A DNA stretch of 35,682 nucleotides from Nemertoderma westbladi. Lineage: Eukaryota > Animalia > Xenacoelomorpha. The notes below the pieces were generated by a model. The model saw only the letters and a program-made list of their open reading frames with translations, was not told the DNA's origin and did no database searches. Of this stretch, positions 23,045 through 35,682 are shown one piece after another. A program made the translations under genes and the position numbers. The stretch lies in the NCBI GenBank assembly GCA_032718475.1, contig JAUCBJ010008803.1:1-35682 (forward strand). The letters run 5' to 3'. Numbering within the stretch: position 1 is the first letter of the stretch; every line of letters starts with the position of its first letter.

Positions 23045-23545
23045 GTGAGTTACGATATGTGGAGTGGTCCTAAGGGACTCGATATCGGTGAGTCTCTACA
23101 GGTACAAGCTCTCTACTGATGATAATCCACAACATGGCCTATGTCCACAGGGTCTTCAGTCCTGGTTCCCATGATCACAGTTGCTCGTGGAGCATTGTCT
23201 GATTTATGGCTCAGTAAGGTACTGGAAATACTGTGGGTGATATCGGTAGAGTTTCTTCATGCAAAACCTTTTCTGAGTTTATTTTTAACACATTCATACG
23301 CATTGCATCCACTTCGTCAGCCATTGCATTAAAAATATTTTCCTCTTATAGAAGGTCATTCTCATCGACAATCTGGATGTGCTCCAGTAAAGACTCTTTT
23401 AATTTTATGTAAGCCTCCTCAGCGCCAGCTTTAAGAGAATTAACTCAGAAAGTGAATGGGCTGTCTGCTCTTCAACTGCTTGATTTGTTAAAATATTAAT
23501 TAATTTATAGCAGTATTTCATTTTCCTTGTAACTTGACATTTAAA

Positions 23546-23626
23546 TGCACCATGGCGGCGTTGCACCATGGCGGCGTTGCACCATGGCGGCGTTGCACCA
23601 TGGCGGCGTTGCACCATGGCGGCGTT
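23546..23626. repeat. Five 16-bp GC-rich tandem copies
   Basis: GCACCATGGCGGCGTT at 23547, 23563, 23579, 23595 and 23611. Confidence 0.95.
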
Positions 23627-25249
23627 TTGCGGTACATATCTCCTCTGCTGACGACATTTTATAAATGTTTGGGCACAAATTTTTGAAAACAAAGGGGGAA
23701 TATCTGATTCCTATCCTCTTAAATATCGTAGACTGCACCTATACTGCAGTTGGTACCGGTTACCGTTCGACCTTGTACCGGTACTTTGTTTTTGTACCTG
23801 ACCCAAATCTATAGGCATATAGCCTACGAATGAAGTTAAATTCCGTAGCGAATTTAATTTACACTGCGGCTACACACTGCGGCTACACGCTGCGCCATGC
23901 TGTATTTGTGTCCTACCTCGGTATTTAACCAGGTATTGATTGCAGAAATAGAAAGGAACAATCAGGTTCCGCGTACCAGTCAGCAGTCAAGCAAATAATA
24001 ATAATCAGACAGCAGTCAACAGGCAGATGCAAAAGCGAGTATCTGAATCATATTACTCCAGTAGACGCTCAATAGAGCTCAAGGGAGGACCGTGAACTTG
24101 GGTCATCACGCAATTTTATTTTCTCAATGTCTTCCCTGATAATAATAATGTAAATAATATTCACCGGGTGCCAGTTGGGATACCTTGGGGAATTTTTTTT
24201 ACAGCATAAAATACAAGTACAAATTAGTCAACCTATTCCATAAATTACATTAAATTATAAACGTTTGTTATTGGAGTAATTAAATTAAGTGTTCTAGAAC
24301 AGAGATAAACATCTACGTATATCTGTATATGTTTAGATCTGAATTTACTGTAATTGCAGTATACTTAGCTATGATATGAAAGCTTTGATTACCCATATTT
24401 TGCAAATCTTTTAACGGTATGTGGGCCTACGCCTATGCTCTTTTGTTTTATTTATTGTTCACCGCCGTTTCGTTAACCGCTTCGTTTATATATTGCCTAC
24501 CGCCTCGTAATTTAACTTGGTTTACACACACACTTTATTGGTCATTAGTCTTATTTATTGAAATTGATATAGCTAGTATTTTTTATTAGTTTATTAGTTT
24601 TTTTTACTAGTATTTAAATGTGCCGCTGTGGCACATTTATTCATAAAATCAAAAAATAATATTACGTAACTTGTTTTGTATTTTACATAGCTAGTGTTTT
24701 TTATGGTTGGTAGCAGCTTTAGTTGTGTTGAATATGAATTTAGCTAAATTTAAATTTCTAAAATATTCCAGAATAATATACAAAAAGTGTAAATAAAATA
24801 TTTTGGTTTTTTAGTTAAATTTTTTTAGTGTTTTGATAAATTGAAGCTAGAATAAAAAATATTATAGAATGTTAACTATGTTCTAGAAAATAATATATAA
24901 AAATCAAAGAAGCTTTAGCTCGTGGAAAACAATTGGATGGGGGTTTCGACACGACGAACTAGTACCCTATTTACGTTTCAAAAGACGAAATATTTATCAT
25001 AATAGGACGATCGAAGGTGAAACATCCCAACATCATTTACTGTTATTTAATCGGCGCTAAATGATGGATGAGTCGTGTCTGTTTTGCAGAAAAACATCTG
25101 GAACACTAATCACTGGAGGACCTATTTGCCAGAAATTATTCGCAAGAACTTGTCAGAAATTACAAGAGACCGAGCAATAGAGTCCACTAGCAAAAATCTA
25201 CTAAGTCTAATTTCCAAATTAGTTTCTGATGGAGAAGAAACCAAACAAT

Positions 25250-28200
25250 CTGTATCCTTGACGCAGTCTATACAGGCATTAATGCAAAGTACAAACCTGT
25301 ATCCTTGGCGCAGTCTATACAGGCACTAATGCAAAGTACAAACCTGTATCCTTGGCGCAGTCTATACAGGCACTAATGCAAAGTACAAACCTGTATCCTT
25401 GGCGCAGTCTATACAGGCACTAATGCAAAGTACAAATCTGTATCCTTGACGCAGTCTATACAGGCACTAATGCAAAGTACAAACCTGTATCTTTGGCGCA
25501 GTCTATACAGGCACTAATGCAAAGTACAAACCTGTATCCGTGACGCAGTCTATACAGGCACTAATGCAAAGTACAAACCTGTATCCTTGGCGCAGTCTAC
25601 AGGCACTAATGCAAGGTACAAACCTGCATCCTTGGCGCAGTCTATACAGGCACTAATGCAAAGTACAAACCTGTATCCGTGACGCAGTCTATACAGGCAC
25701 TAATGCTTGGCGCAGTCTATACAGGCACTAATGCAAAGTACAAACCTGTATCCTTGGCGCAGTCTATACAGGCACTAATGCAAGGTACAAACCTGTATCC
25801 TTGACGCAGTCTATACAGGCACTAATGCAAGGTACAAACCTGTATCCTTGGCGCAGTCTACAGGCACTAATGCAAGGTACAAACCTGCATCCTTGGCGCA
25901 GTCTATACAGGCACTAATGCAAAGTACAAACCTGTATCCGTGACGCAGTCTATACAGGCACTAATGCAAAGTACAAACCTGTATCCTTGGCGCAGTCTAC
26001 AGGCACTAATGCAAGGTACAAACCTGCATCCTTGGCGCAGTCTATACAGGCACTAATGCAAAGTACAAACCTGTATCCGTGACGCAGTCTATACAGGCAC
26101 TAATGCAAAGTACAAACCTGTATCCTTGGCGCAGTCTATACAGGCACTAATGCAAAGTACAAACCTGTATCCGTGACGCAGTCTATACAGGCACTAATGC
26201 AAAGTACAAACCTGTATCCTTGGCGCAGTCTACAGGCACTAATGCAAGGTACAAACCTGTATCCTTGGCGCAGTCTATACAGGCACTAATGCAAAGTACA
26301 AACCTGTATCCTTGGCGCAGTCTATACAGGCACTAATGCAAAGTACAAACCTGTATCCTTGACGCAGTCTATACAGGCACTAATGCAAGGTACAAACCTG
26401 TATCCTTGGCGCAGTCTACAGGCACTAATGCAAGGTACAAACCTGCATCCTTGGCGCAGTCTATACAGGCACTAATGCAAAGTACAAACCTGTATCCGTG
26501 ACGCAGTCTATACAGGCACTAATGCAAAGTACAAACCTGTATCCTTGGCGCAGTCTACAGGCACTAATGCAAGGTACAAACCTGCATCCTTGGCGCAGTC
26601 TATACAGGCACTAATGCAAAGTACAAACCTGTATCCGTGACGCAGTCTATACAGGCACTAATGCAAAGTACAAACCTGTATCCTTGGCGCAGTCTATACA
26701 GGCACTAATGCAAAGTACAAACCTGTATCCTTGGTGCCTGTATCCTGTAACAAACCTGTATCCTTGGCGCAGTCTATACAGGCACTAATGCAAGGTACAA
26801 ACCTGTATCCTTGACGCAGTCTATACAGGCACTAATGCAAAGTACAAACCTGTATCCTTGGCGCAGTCTATACAGGCACTAATGCAAAGTACAAACCTGT
26901 ATCCTTGGCGCAGTCTATACAGGCACTAATGCAAAGTACAAACCTGTATCCTTGGCGCAGTCTATACAGGCACTAATGCAAAGTACAAACTTGTATCCTT
27001 GGCGCCTGTATCCTGTAACAAACCTGTATCCTTGGCGCAGTCTATACAGGCACTAATGCAAGGTACAAACCTGTATCCTTGGCGCAGTCTATACAGGCAC
27101 TAATAAGTACAAACCTGTATCCTTGACGCAGTCTATACAGGCACTAATGCAAAGTACAAACCTGTATCCTTGGCGCAGTCTATACAGGCACTAATGCAAA
27201 GTACAAACCTGTATCCTTGGCGCAGTCTATACAGGCACTAATGCAAAGTACAAACCTGTATCCTTGACGCAGTCTATACAGGCACTAATGCAAGGTACAA
27301 ACCTGTATCCTTGGCGCAGTCTACAGGCACTAATGCAAGGTACAAACCTGCATCCTTGGCGCAGTCTATACAGGCACTAATGCAAAGTACAAACCTGTAT
27401 CCGTGACGCAGTCTATACAGGCACTAATGCAAAGTACAAACCTGTATCCTTGGCGCAGTCTACAGGCACTAATGCAAGGTACAAACCTGCATCCTTGGCG
27501 CAGTCTATACAGGCACTAATGCAAAGTACAAACCTGTATCCGTGACGCAGTCTATACAGGCACTAATGCAAAGTACAAACCTGTATCCTTGGCGCAGTCT
27601 ATACAGGCACTAATGCAAAGTACAAACCTGTATCCTTGGCGCAGTCTATACAGGCACTAATGCAAGGTACAAACCTGTATCCTTGGCGCAGTCTACAGGC
27701 ACTAATGCAAGGTACAAACCTGCATCCTTGGCGCAGTCTATACAGGCACTAATGCAAAGTACAAACCTGTATCCGTGACGCAGTCTATACAGGCACTAAT
27801 GCAAAGTACAAACCTGTATCCTTGACGCAGTCTATACAGGCACTAATGCAAAGTACAAACCTGTATCCTTGGCGCAGTCTATACAGGCACTAATGCAAAG
27901 TACAAACCTGTATCCTTGGCGCAGTCTATACAGGCACTAATGCAAAGTACAAACCTGTATCCTTGGCGCAGTCTATACAGGCACTAATGCAAAGTACAAA
28001 CCTGTATCCGTGACGCAGTCTATACAGGCACTAATGCAAAGTACAAACCTGTATCCTTGGCGCAGTCTACAGGCACTAATGCAAGGTACAAACCTGCATC
28101 CTTGGCGCAGTCTATACAGGCACTAATGCAAAGTACAAACCTGTATCCGTGACGCAGTCTATACAGGCACTAATGCAAAGTACAAACCTGTATCCTTGGC

Positions 28201-31200
28201 GCAGTCTATACAGGCACTAATGCAAAGTACAAACCTGTATCCTTGGTGCCTGTATCCTGTAACAAACCTGTATCCTTGGCGCAGTCTATACAGGCACTAA
28301 TGCAAGGTACAAACCTGTATCCTTGACGCAGTCTATACAGGCACTAATGCAAAGTACAAACCTGTATCCTTGGCGCAGTCTATACAGGCACTAATGCAAA
28401 GTACAAACCTGTATCCTTGGCGCAGTCTATACAGGCACTAATGCAAAGTACAAACCTGTATCCTTGGCGCAGTCTATACAGGCACTAATGCAAAGTACAA
28501 ACTTGTATCCTTGGCGCCTGTATCCTGTAACAAACCTGTATCCTTGGCGCAGTCTATACAGGCACTAATGCAAGGTACAAACCTGTATCCTTGGCGCAGT
28601 CTATACAGGCACTAATAAGTACAAACCTGTATCCTTGACGCAGTCTATACAGGCACTAATGCAAAGTACAAACCTGTATCCTTGGCGCAGTCTATACAGG
28701 CACTAATGCAAAGTACAAACCTGTATCCTTGGCGCAGTCTATACAGGCACTAATGCAAAGTACAAACCTGTATCCTTGACGCAGTCTATACAGGCACTAA
28801 TGCAAGGTACAAACCTGTATCCTTGGCGCAGTCTACAGGCACTAATGCAAGGTACAAACCTGCATCCTTGGCGCAGTCTATACAGGCACTAATGCAAAGT
28901 ACAAACCTGTATCCGTGACGCAGTCTATACAGGCACTAATGCAAAGTACAAACCTGTATCCTTGGCGCAGTCTACAGGCACTAATGCAAGGTACAAACCT
29001 GCATCCTTGGCGCAGTCTATACAGGCACTAATGCAAAGTACAAACCTGTATCCGTGACGCAGTCTATACAGGCACTAATGCAAAGTACAAACCTGTATCC
29101 TTGGCGCAGTCTATACAGGCACTAATGCAAAGTACAAACCTGTATCCTTGGCGCAGTCTATACAGGCACTAATGCAAGGTACAAACCTGTATCCTTGGCG
29201 CAGTCTACAGGCACTAATGCAAGGTACAAACCTGCATCCTTGGCGCAGTCTATACAGGCACTAATGCAAAGTACAAACCTGTATCCGTGACGCAGTCTAT
29301 ACAGGCACTAATGCAAAGTACAAACCTGTATCCTTGACGCAGTCTATACAGGCACTAATGCAAAGTACAAACCTGTATCCTTGGCGCAGTCTATACAGGC
29401 ACTAATGCAAAGTACAAACCTGTATCCTTGGCGCAGTCTATACAGGCACTAATGCAAAGTACAAACCTGTATCCTTGGCGCAGTCTATACAGGCACTAAT
29501 GCAAAGTACAAACCTGTATCCTTGGTGCCTGTATCCTGTAACAAACCTGTATCCTTGGCGCAGTCTATACAGGCACTAATGCAAGGTACAAACCTGTATC
29601 CTTGACGCAGTCTATACAGGCACTAATGCAAAGTACAAACCTGTATCCTTGGCGCAGTCTATACAGGCACTAATGCAAAGTACAAACCTGTATCCTTGGC
29701 GCAGTCTATACAGGCACTAATGCAAAGTACAAACCTGTATCCTTGGCGCAGTCTATACAGGCACTAATGCAAAGTACAAACTTGTATCCTTGGCGCCTGT
29801 ATCCTGTAACAAACCTGTATCCTTGGCGCAGTCTATACAGGCACTAATGCAAGGTACAAACCTGTATCCTTGGCGCAGTCTATACAGGCACTAATAAGTA
29901 CAAACCTGTATCCTTGACGCAGTCTATACAGGCACTAATGCAAAGTACAAACCTGTATCCTTGGCGCAGTCTATACAGGCACTAATGCAAAGTACAAACC
30001 TGTATCCTTGGCGCAGTCTATACAGGCACTAATGCAAAGTACAAACCTGTATCCTTGGCGCCTGTATCCTGTAACAAACCTGTATCCTTGGCGCAGTCTA
30101 TACAGGCACTAATGCAAGGTACAAATCTGCATCCTTGGCGCAGTCTATACAGGCACTAATGCAAAGTACAAACCTGTATCCTTGACGCAGTCTATACAGG
30201 CACTAATGCAAAGTACAAACCTGTATCCTTGGCGTAGTCTATACAGGCACTAATGCAAAGTACAAACCTGTATCCTTGGCGCAGTATATACAGGCACTAA
30301 TGCAAAGTACAAACCTGCATCCTTGGCGCAGCATATACAGGCACTAATGCAAAGTACAAACCTGCATCCTTGGCGCAGTATATACAGGCACTAATGCAAA
30401 GTACAAACCTGTATCCTTGGCGCAGTCTATACAGGCACTAATGCAAAGTACAAACCTGTATCCTTGGCGCAGTATATACAGGCACTAATGCAAAGTACAA
30501 ACCTGTATCCTTGGCGCAGTCTATACAGGCACTAATGCAAAGTACAAACCTGTATCCTTGGCGCAGTATATACAGGCACTAATGCAAAGTACAAACCTGC
30601 ATCCTTGGCGCAGTATATACAGGCACTAATGCAAAGTACAAACCTGTATCCTTGGCGCCTGTATCCTGTAACAAACCTGTATCCTTGGCGCAGTCTATAC
30701 AGGCACTAATGCAAAGTACAAACCTGTATCCTTGGCGCAGTCTATACAGGCACTAATGCAAAGTACAAACCTGTATCCTTGGCGCAGTATATACAGGCAC
30801 TAATGCAAAGTACAAACCTGCATCCTTGGCGCAGTCTATACAGGCACTAATGCAAAGTACAAACCTGTATCCTTGGCGCAGTCTATACAGGCACTAATGC
30901 AAAGTACAAACCTGTATCCTTGACGCAGTCTATACAGGCACTAATGCAAGGTACAAACCTGTATCCTTGGCGCAGTCTACAGGCACTAATGCAAGGTACA
31001 AACCTGCATCCTTGGCGCAGTCTATACAGGCACTAATGCAAAGTACAAACCTGTATCCGTGACGCAGTCTATACAGGCACTAATGCAAAGTACAAACCTG
31101 TATCCTTGGCGCAGTCTACAGGCACTAATGCAAGGTACAAACCTGCATCCTTGGCGCAGTCTATACAGGCACTAATGCAAAGTACAAACCTGTATCCGTG

Positions 31201-34200
31201 ACGCAGTCTATACAGGCACTAATGCAAAGTACAAACCTGTATCCTTGGCGCAGTCTATACAGGCACTAATGCAAAGTACAAACCTGTATCCTTGGCGCAG
31301 TCTATACAGGCACTAATGCAAGGTACAAACCTGTATCCTTGGCGCAGTCTACAGGCACTAATGCAAGGTACAAACCTGCATCCTTGGCGCAGTCTATACA
31401 GGCACTAATGCAAAGTACAAACCTGTATCCTTGGCGCAGTCTATACAGGCACTAATGCAAAGTACAAACCTGTATCCTTGGCGCAGTCTATACAGGCACT
31501 AATGCAAAGTACAAACCTGTATCCTTGGCGCAGTCTATACAGGCACTAATGCAAAGTACAAACCTGTATCCTTGACGCAGTCTATACAGGCACTAATGCA
31601 AAGTACAAACCTGTATCCTTGGCGCAGTCTACAGGCACTAATGCAAAGTACAAACCTGTATCCTTGGCGCAGTCTACAGGCACTAATGCAAAGTACAAAC
31701 CTGTATCCGTGACGCAGTCTATACAGGCACTAATGCAAAGTACAAACCTGTATCCTTGGCGCAGTCTACAGGCACTAATGCAAGGTACAAACCTGCATCC
31801 TTGGCGCAGTCTATACAGGCACTAATGCAAAGTACAAACCTGTATCCGTGACGCAGTCTATACAGGCACTAATGCAAAGTACAAACCTGTATCCTTGGCG
31901 CAGTCTATACAGGCACTAATGCAAAGTACAAACCTGTATCCTTGGTGCCTGTATCCTGTAACAAACCTGTATCCTTGGCGCAGTCTATACAGGCACTAAT
32001 GCAAGGTACAAACCTGTATCCTTGACGCAGTCTATACAGGCACTAATGCAAAGTACAAACCTGTATCCTTGGCGCAGTCTATACAGGCACTAATGCAAAG
32101 TACAAACCTGTATCCTTGGCGCAGTCTATACAGGCACTAATGCAAAGTACAAACCTGTATCCTTGGCGCAGTCTATACAGGCACTAATGCAAAGTACAAA
32201 CTTGTATCCTTGGCGCCTGTATCCTGTAACAAACCTGTATCCTTGGCGCAGTCTATACAGGCACTAATGCAAGGTACAAACCTGTATCCTTGGCGCAGTC
32301 TATACAGGCACTAATAAGTACAAACCTGTATCCTTGACGCAGTCTATACAGGCACTAATGCAAAGTACAAACCTGTATCCTTGGCGCAGTCTATACAGGC
32401 ACTAATGCAAAGTACAAACCTGTATCCTTGGCGCAGTCTATACAGGCACTAATGCAAAGTACAAACCTGTATCCTTGACGCAGTCTATACAGGCACTAAT
32501 GCAAGGTACAAACCTGTATCCTTGGCGCAGTCTACAGGCACTAATGCAAGGTACAAACCTGCATCCTTGGCGCAGTCTATACAGGCACTAATGCAAAGTA
32601 CAAACCTGTATCCGTGACGCAGTCTATACAGGCACTAATGCAAAGTACAAACCTGTATCCTTGGCGCAGTCTACAGGCACTAATGCAAGGTACAAACCTG
32701 CATCCTTGGCGCAGTCTATACAGGCACTAATGCAAAGTACAAACCTGTATCCGTGACGCAGTCTATACAGGCACTAATGCAAAGTACAAACCTGTATCCT
32801 TGGCGCAGTCTATACAGGCACTAATGCAAAGTACAAACCTGTATCCTTGGCGCAGTCTATACAGGCACTAATGCAAGGTACAAACCTGTATCCTTGGCGC
32901 AGTCTACAGGCACTAATGCAAGGTACAAACCTGCATCCTTGGCGCAGTCTATACAGGCACTAATGCAAAGTACAAACCTGTATCCGTGACGCAGTCTATA
33001 CAGGCACTAATGCAAAGTACAAACCTGTATCCTTGACGCAGTCTATACAGGCACTAATGCAAAGTACAAACCTGTATCCTTGGCGCAGTCTATACAGGCA
33101 CTAATGCAAAGTACAAACCTGTATCCTTGGCGCAGTCTATACAGGCACTAATGCAAAGTACAAACCTGTATCCTTGGCGCAGTCTATACAGGCACTAATG
33201 CAAAGTACAAACCTGTATCCGTGACGCAGTCTATACAGGCACTAATGCAAAGTACAAACCTGTATCCTTGGCGCAGTCTACAGGCACTAATGCAAGGTAC
33301 AAACCTGCATCCTTGGCGCAGTCTATACAGGCACTAATGCAAAGTACAAACCTGTATCCGTGACGCAGTCTATACAGGCACTAATGCAAAGTACAAACCT
33401 GTATCCTTGGCGCAGTCTATACAGGCACTAATGCAAAGTACAAACCTGTATCCTTGGTGCCTGTATCCTGTAACAAACCTGTATCCTTGGCGCAGTCTAT
33501 ACAGGCACTAATGCAAGGTACAAACCTGTATCCTTGACGCAGTCTATACAGGCACTAATGCAAAGTACAAACCTGTATCCTTGGCGCAGTCTATACAGGC
33601 ACTAATGCAAAGTACAAACCTGTATCCTTGGCGCAGTCTATACAGGCACTAATGCAAAGTACAAACCTGTATCCTTGGCGCAGTCTATACAGGCACTAAT
33701 GCAAAGTACAAACTTGTATCCTTGGCGCCTGTATCCTGTAACAAACCTGTATCCTTGGCGCAGTCTATACAGGCACTAATGCAAGGTACAAACCTGTATC
33801 CTTGGCGCAGTCTATACAGGCACTAATAAGTACAAACCTGTATCCTTGACGCAGTCTATACAGGCACTAATGCAAAGTACAAACCTGTATCCTTGGCGCA
33901 GTCTATACAGGCACTAATGCAAAGTACAAACCTGTATCCTTGGCGCAGTCTATACAGGCACTAATGCAAAGTACAAACCTGTATCCTTGACGCAGTCTAT
34001 ACAGGCACTAATGCAAGGTACAAACCTGTATCCTTGGCGCAGTCTACAGGCACTAATGCAAGGTACAAACCTGCATCCTTGGCGCAGTCTATACAGGCAC
34101 TAATGCAAAGTACAAACCTGTATCCGTGACGCAGTCTATACAGGCACTAATGCAAAGTACAAACCTGTATCCTTGGCGCAGTCTACAGGCACTAATGCAA

Positions 34201-35682
34201 GGTACAAACCTGCATCCTTGGCGCAGTCTATACAGGCACTAATGCAAAGTACAAACCTGTATCCGTGACGCAGTCTATACAGGCACTAATGCAAAGTACA
34301 AACCTGTATCCTTGGCGCAGTCTATACAGGCACTAATGCAAAGTACAAACCTGTATCCTTGGCGCAGTCTATACAGGCACTAATGCAAGGTACAAACCTG
34401 TATCCTTGGCGCAGTCTACAGGCACTAATGCAAGGTACAAACCTGCATCCTTGGCGCAGTCTATACAGGCACTAATGCAAAGTACAAACCTGTATCCGTG
34501 ACGCAGTCTATACAGGCACTAATGCAAAGTACAAACCTGTATCCTTGACGCAGTCTATACAGGCACTAATGCAAAGTACAAACCTGTATCCTTGGCGCAG
34601 TCTATACAGGCACTAATGCAAAGTACAAACCTGTATCCTTGGCGCAGTCTATACAGGCACTAATGCAAAGTACAAACCTGTATCCTTGGCGCAGTCTATA
34701 CAGGCACTAATGCAAAGTACAAACCTGTATCCTTGGTGCCTGTATCCTGTAACAAACCTGTATCCTTGGCGCAGTCTATACAGGCACTAATGCAAGGTAC
34801 AAACCTGTATCCTTGACGCAGTCTATACAGGCACTAATGCAAAGTACAAACCTGTATCCTTGGCGCAGTCTATACAGGCACTAATGCAAAGTACAAACCT
34901 GTATCCTTGGCGCAGTCTATACAGGCACTAATGCAAAGTACAAACCTGTATCCTTGGCGCAGTCTATACAGGCACTAATGCAAAGTACAAACTTGTATCC
35001 TTGGCGCCTGTATCCTGTAACAAACCTGTATCCTTGGCGCAGTCTATACAGGCACTAATGCAAGGTACAAACCTGTATCCTTGGCGCAGTCTATACAGGC
35101 ACTAATAAGTACAAACCTGTATCCTTGACGCAGTCTATACAGGCACTAATGCAAAGTACAAACCTGTATCCTTGGCGCAGTCTATACAGGCACTAATGCA
35201 AAGTACAAACCTGTATCCTTGGCGCAGTCTATACAGGCACTAATGCAAAGTACAAACCTGTATCCTTGGCGCCTGTATCCTGTAACAAACCTGTATCCTT
35301 GGCGCAGTCTATACAGGCACTAATGCAAGGTACAAACCTGCATCCTTGGCGCAGTCTATACAGGCACTAATGCAAAGTACAAACCTGTATCCTTGACGCA
35401 GTCTATACAGGCACTAATGCAAAGTACAAACCTGTATCCTTGGCGCAGTCTATACAGGCACTAATGCAAAGTACAAACCTGTATCCTTGGCGCAGTCTAT
35501 ACAGGCACTAATGCAAAGTACAAACCTGCATCCTTGGCGCAGCATATACAGGCACTAATGCAAAGTACAAACCTGCATCCTTGGCGCAGTCTATACAGGC
35601 ACTAATGCAAAGTACAAACCTGTATCCTTGGCGCAGTCTATACAGGCACTAATGCAAAGTACAAACCTGTATCCTTGGCGCA
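25250..35682 (+). repeat. Intronic 45/47-bp tandem array (~220 units, runs off the right edge)
   Basis: Consensus CCTGTATCCTTGGCGCAGTCTATACAGGCACTAATGCAAAGTACAAA (47 bp), with a 45-bp variant lacking TA and shorter variants containing CCTGTATCCTGTAACAAA or ACTAATAAGTAC. Confidence 0.98.

Noticed and set aside
23100-24300. Short ORFs and possible decayed coding or transposon remnant after exon C
   Set aside because: No recognisable motif, and two of the ORFs are driven by the 16-bp repeat.
25075-25329. 84-aa ORF with a good acceptor-like TTTTGCAG near 25089 as the next TDRD9 exon
   Set aside because: No frame resembles the expected G-x-P...ALxPP continuation, and it runs into the satellite with no clear donor.

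Overview
Metazoan genomic DNA (species cannot be determined from the window) lying entirely inside a + strand TDRD9/spindle-E piRNA-pathway DExH helicase gene. Three internal exons (14936-15139, 21333-21532, 22935-23044) join in frame through canonical AG/GT sites. About three quarters of the window is tandem repeat: a 42/43-bp array (1-14941, ~350 units), a 65/39-bp array (21478-22777) and a 45/47-bp array (25250-end). The 6.2-kb intron holds a decayed two-ORF LINE with a second LINE fragment plus (TCTA)49 nested in it, and a foldback palindrome interrupted by a 240-bp Helitron. The main observation is that the repeats are built from the gene's own splice junctions. The 43-bp array is an amplified 3' splice site ending exactly at the real exon, and the 65/39-bp array is an amplified 5' splice site starting in the real exon. 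Both junctions of the third exon carry small duplications at 43-bp spacing. Copy numbers are estimated by eye or by arithmetic; no database searches were run.
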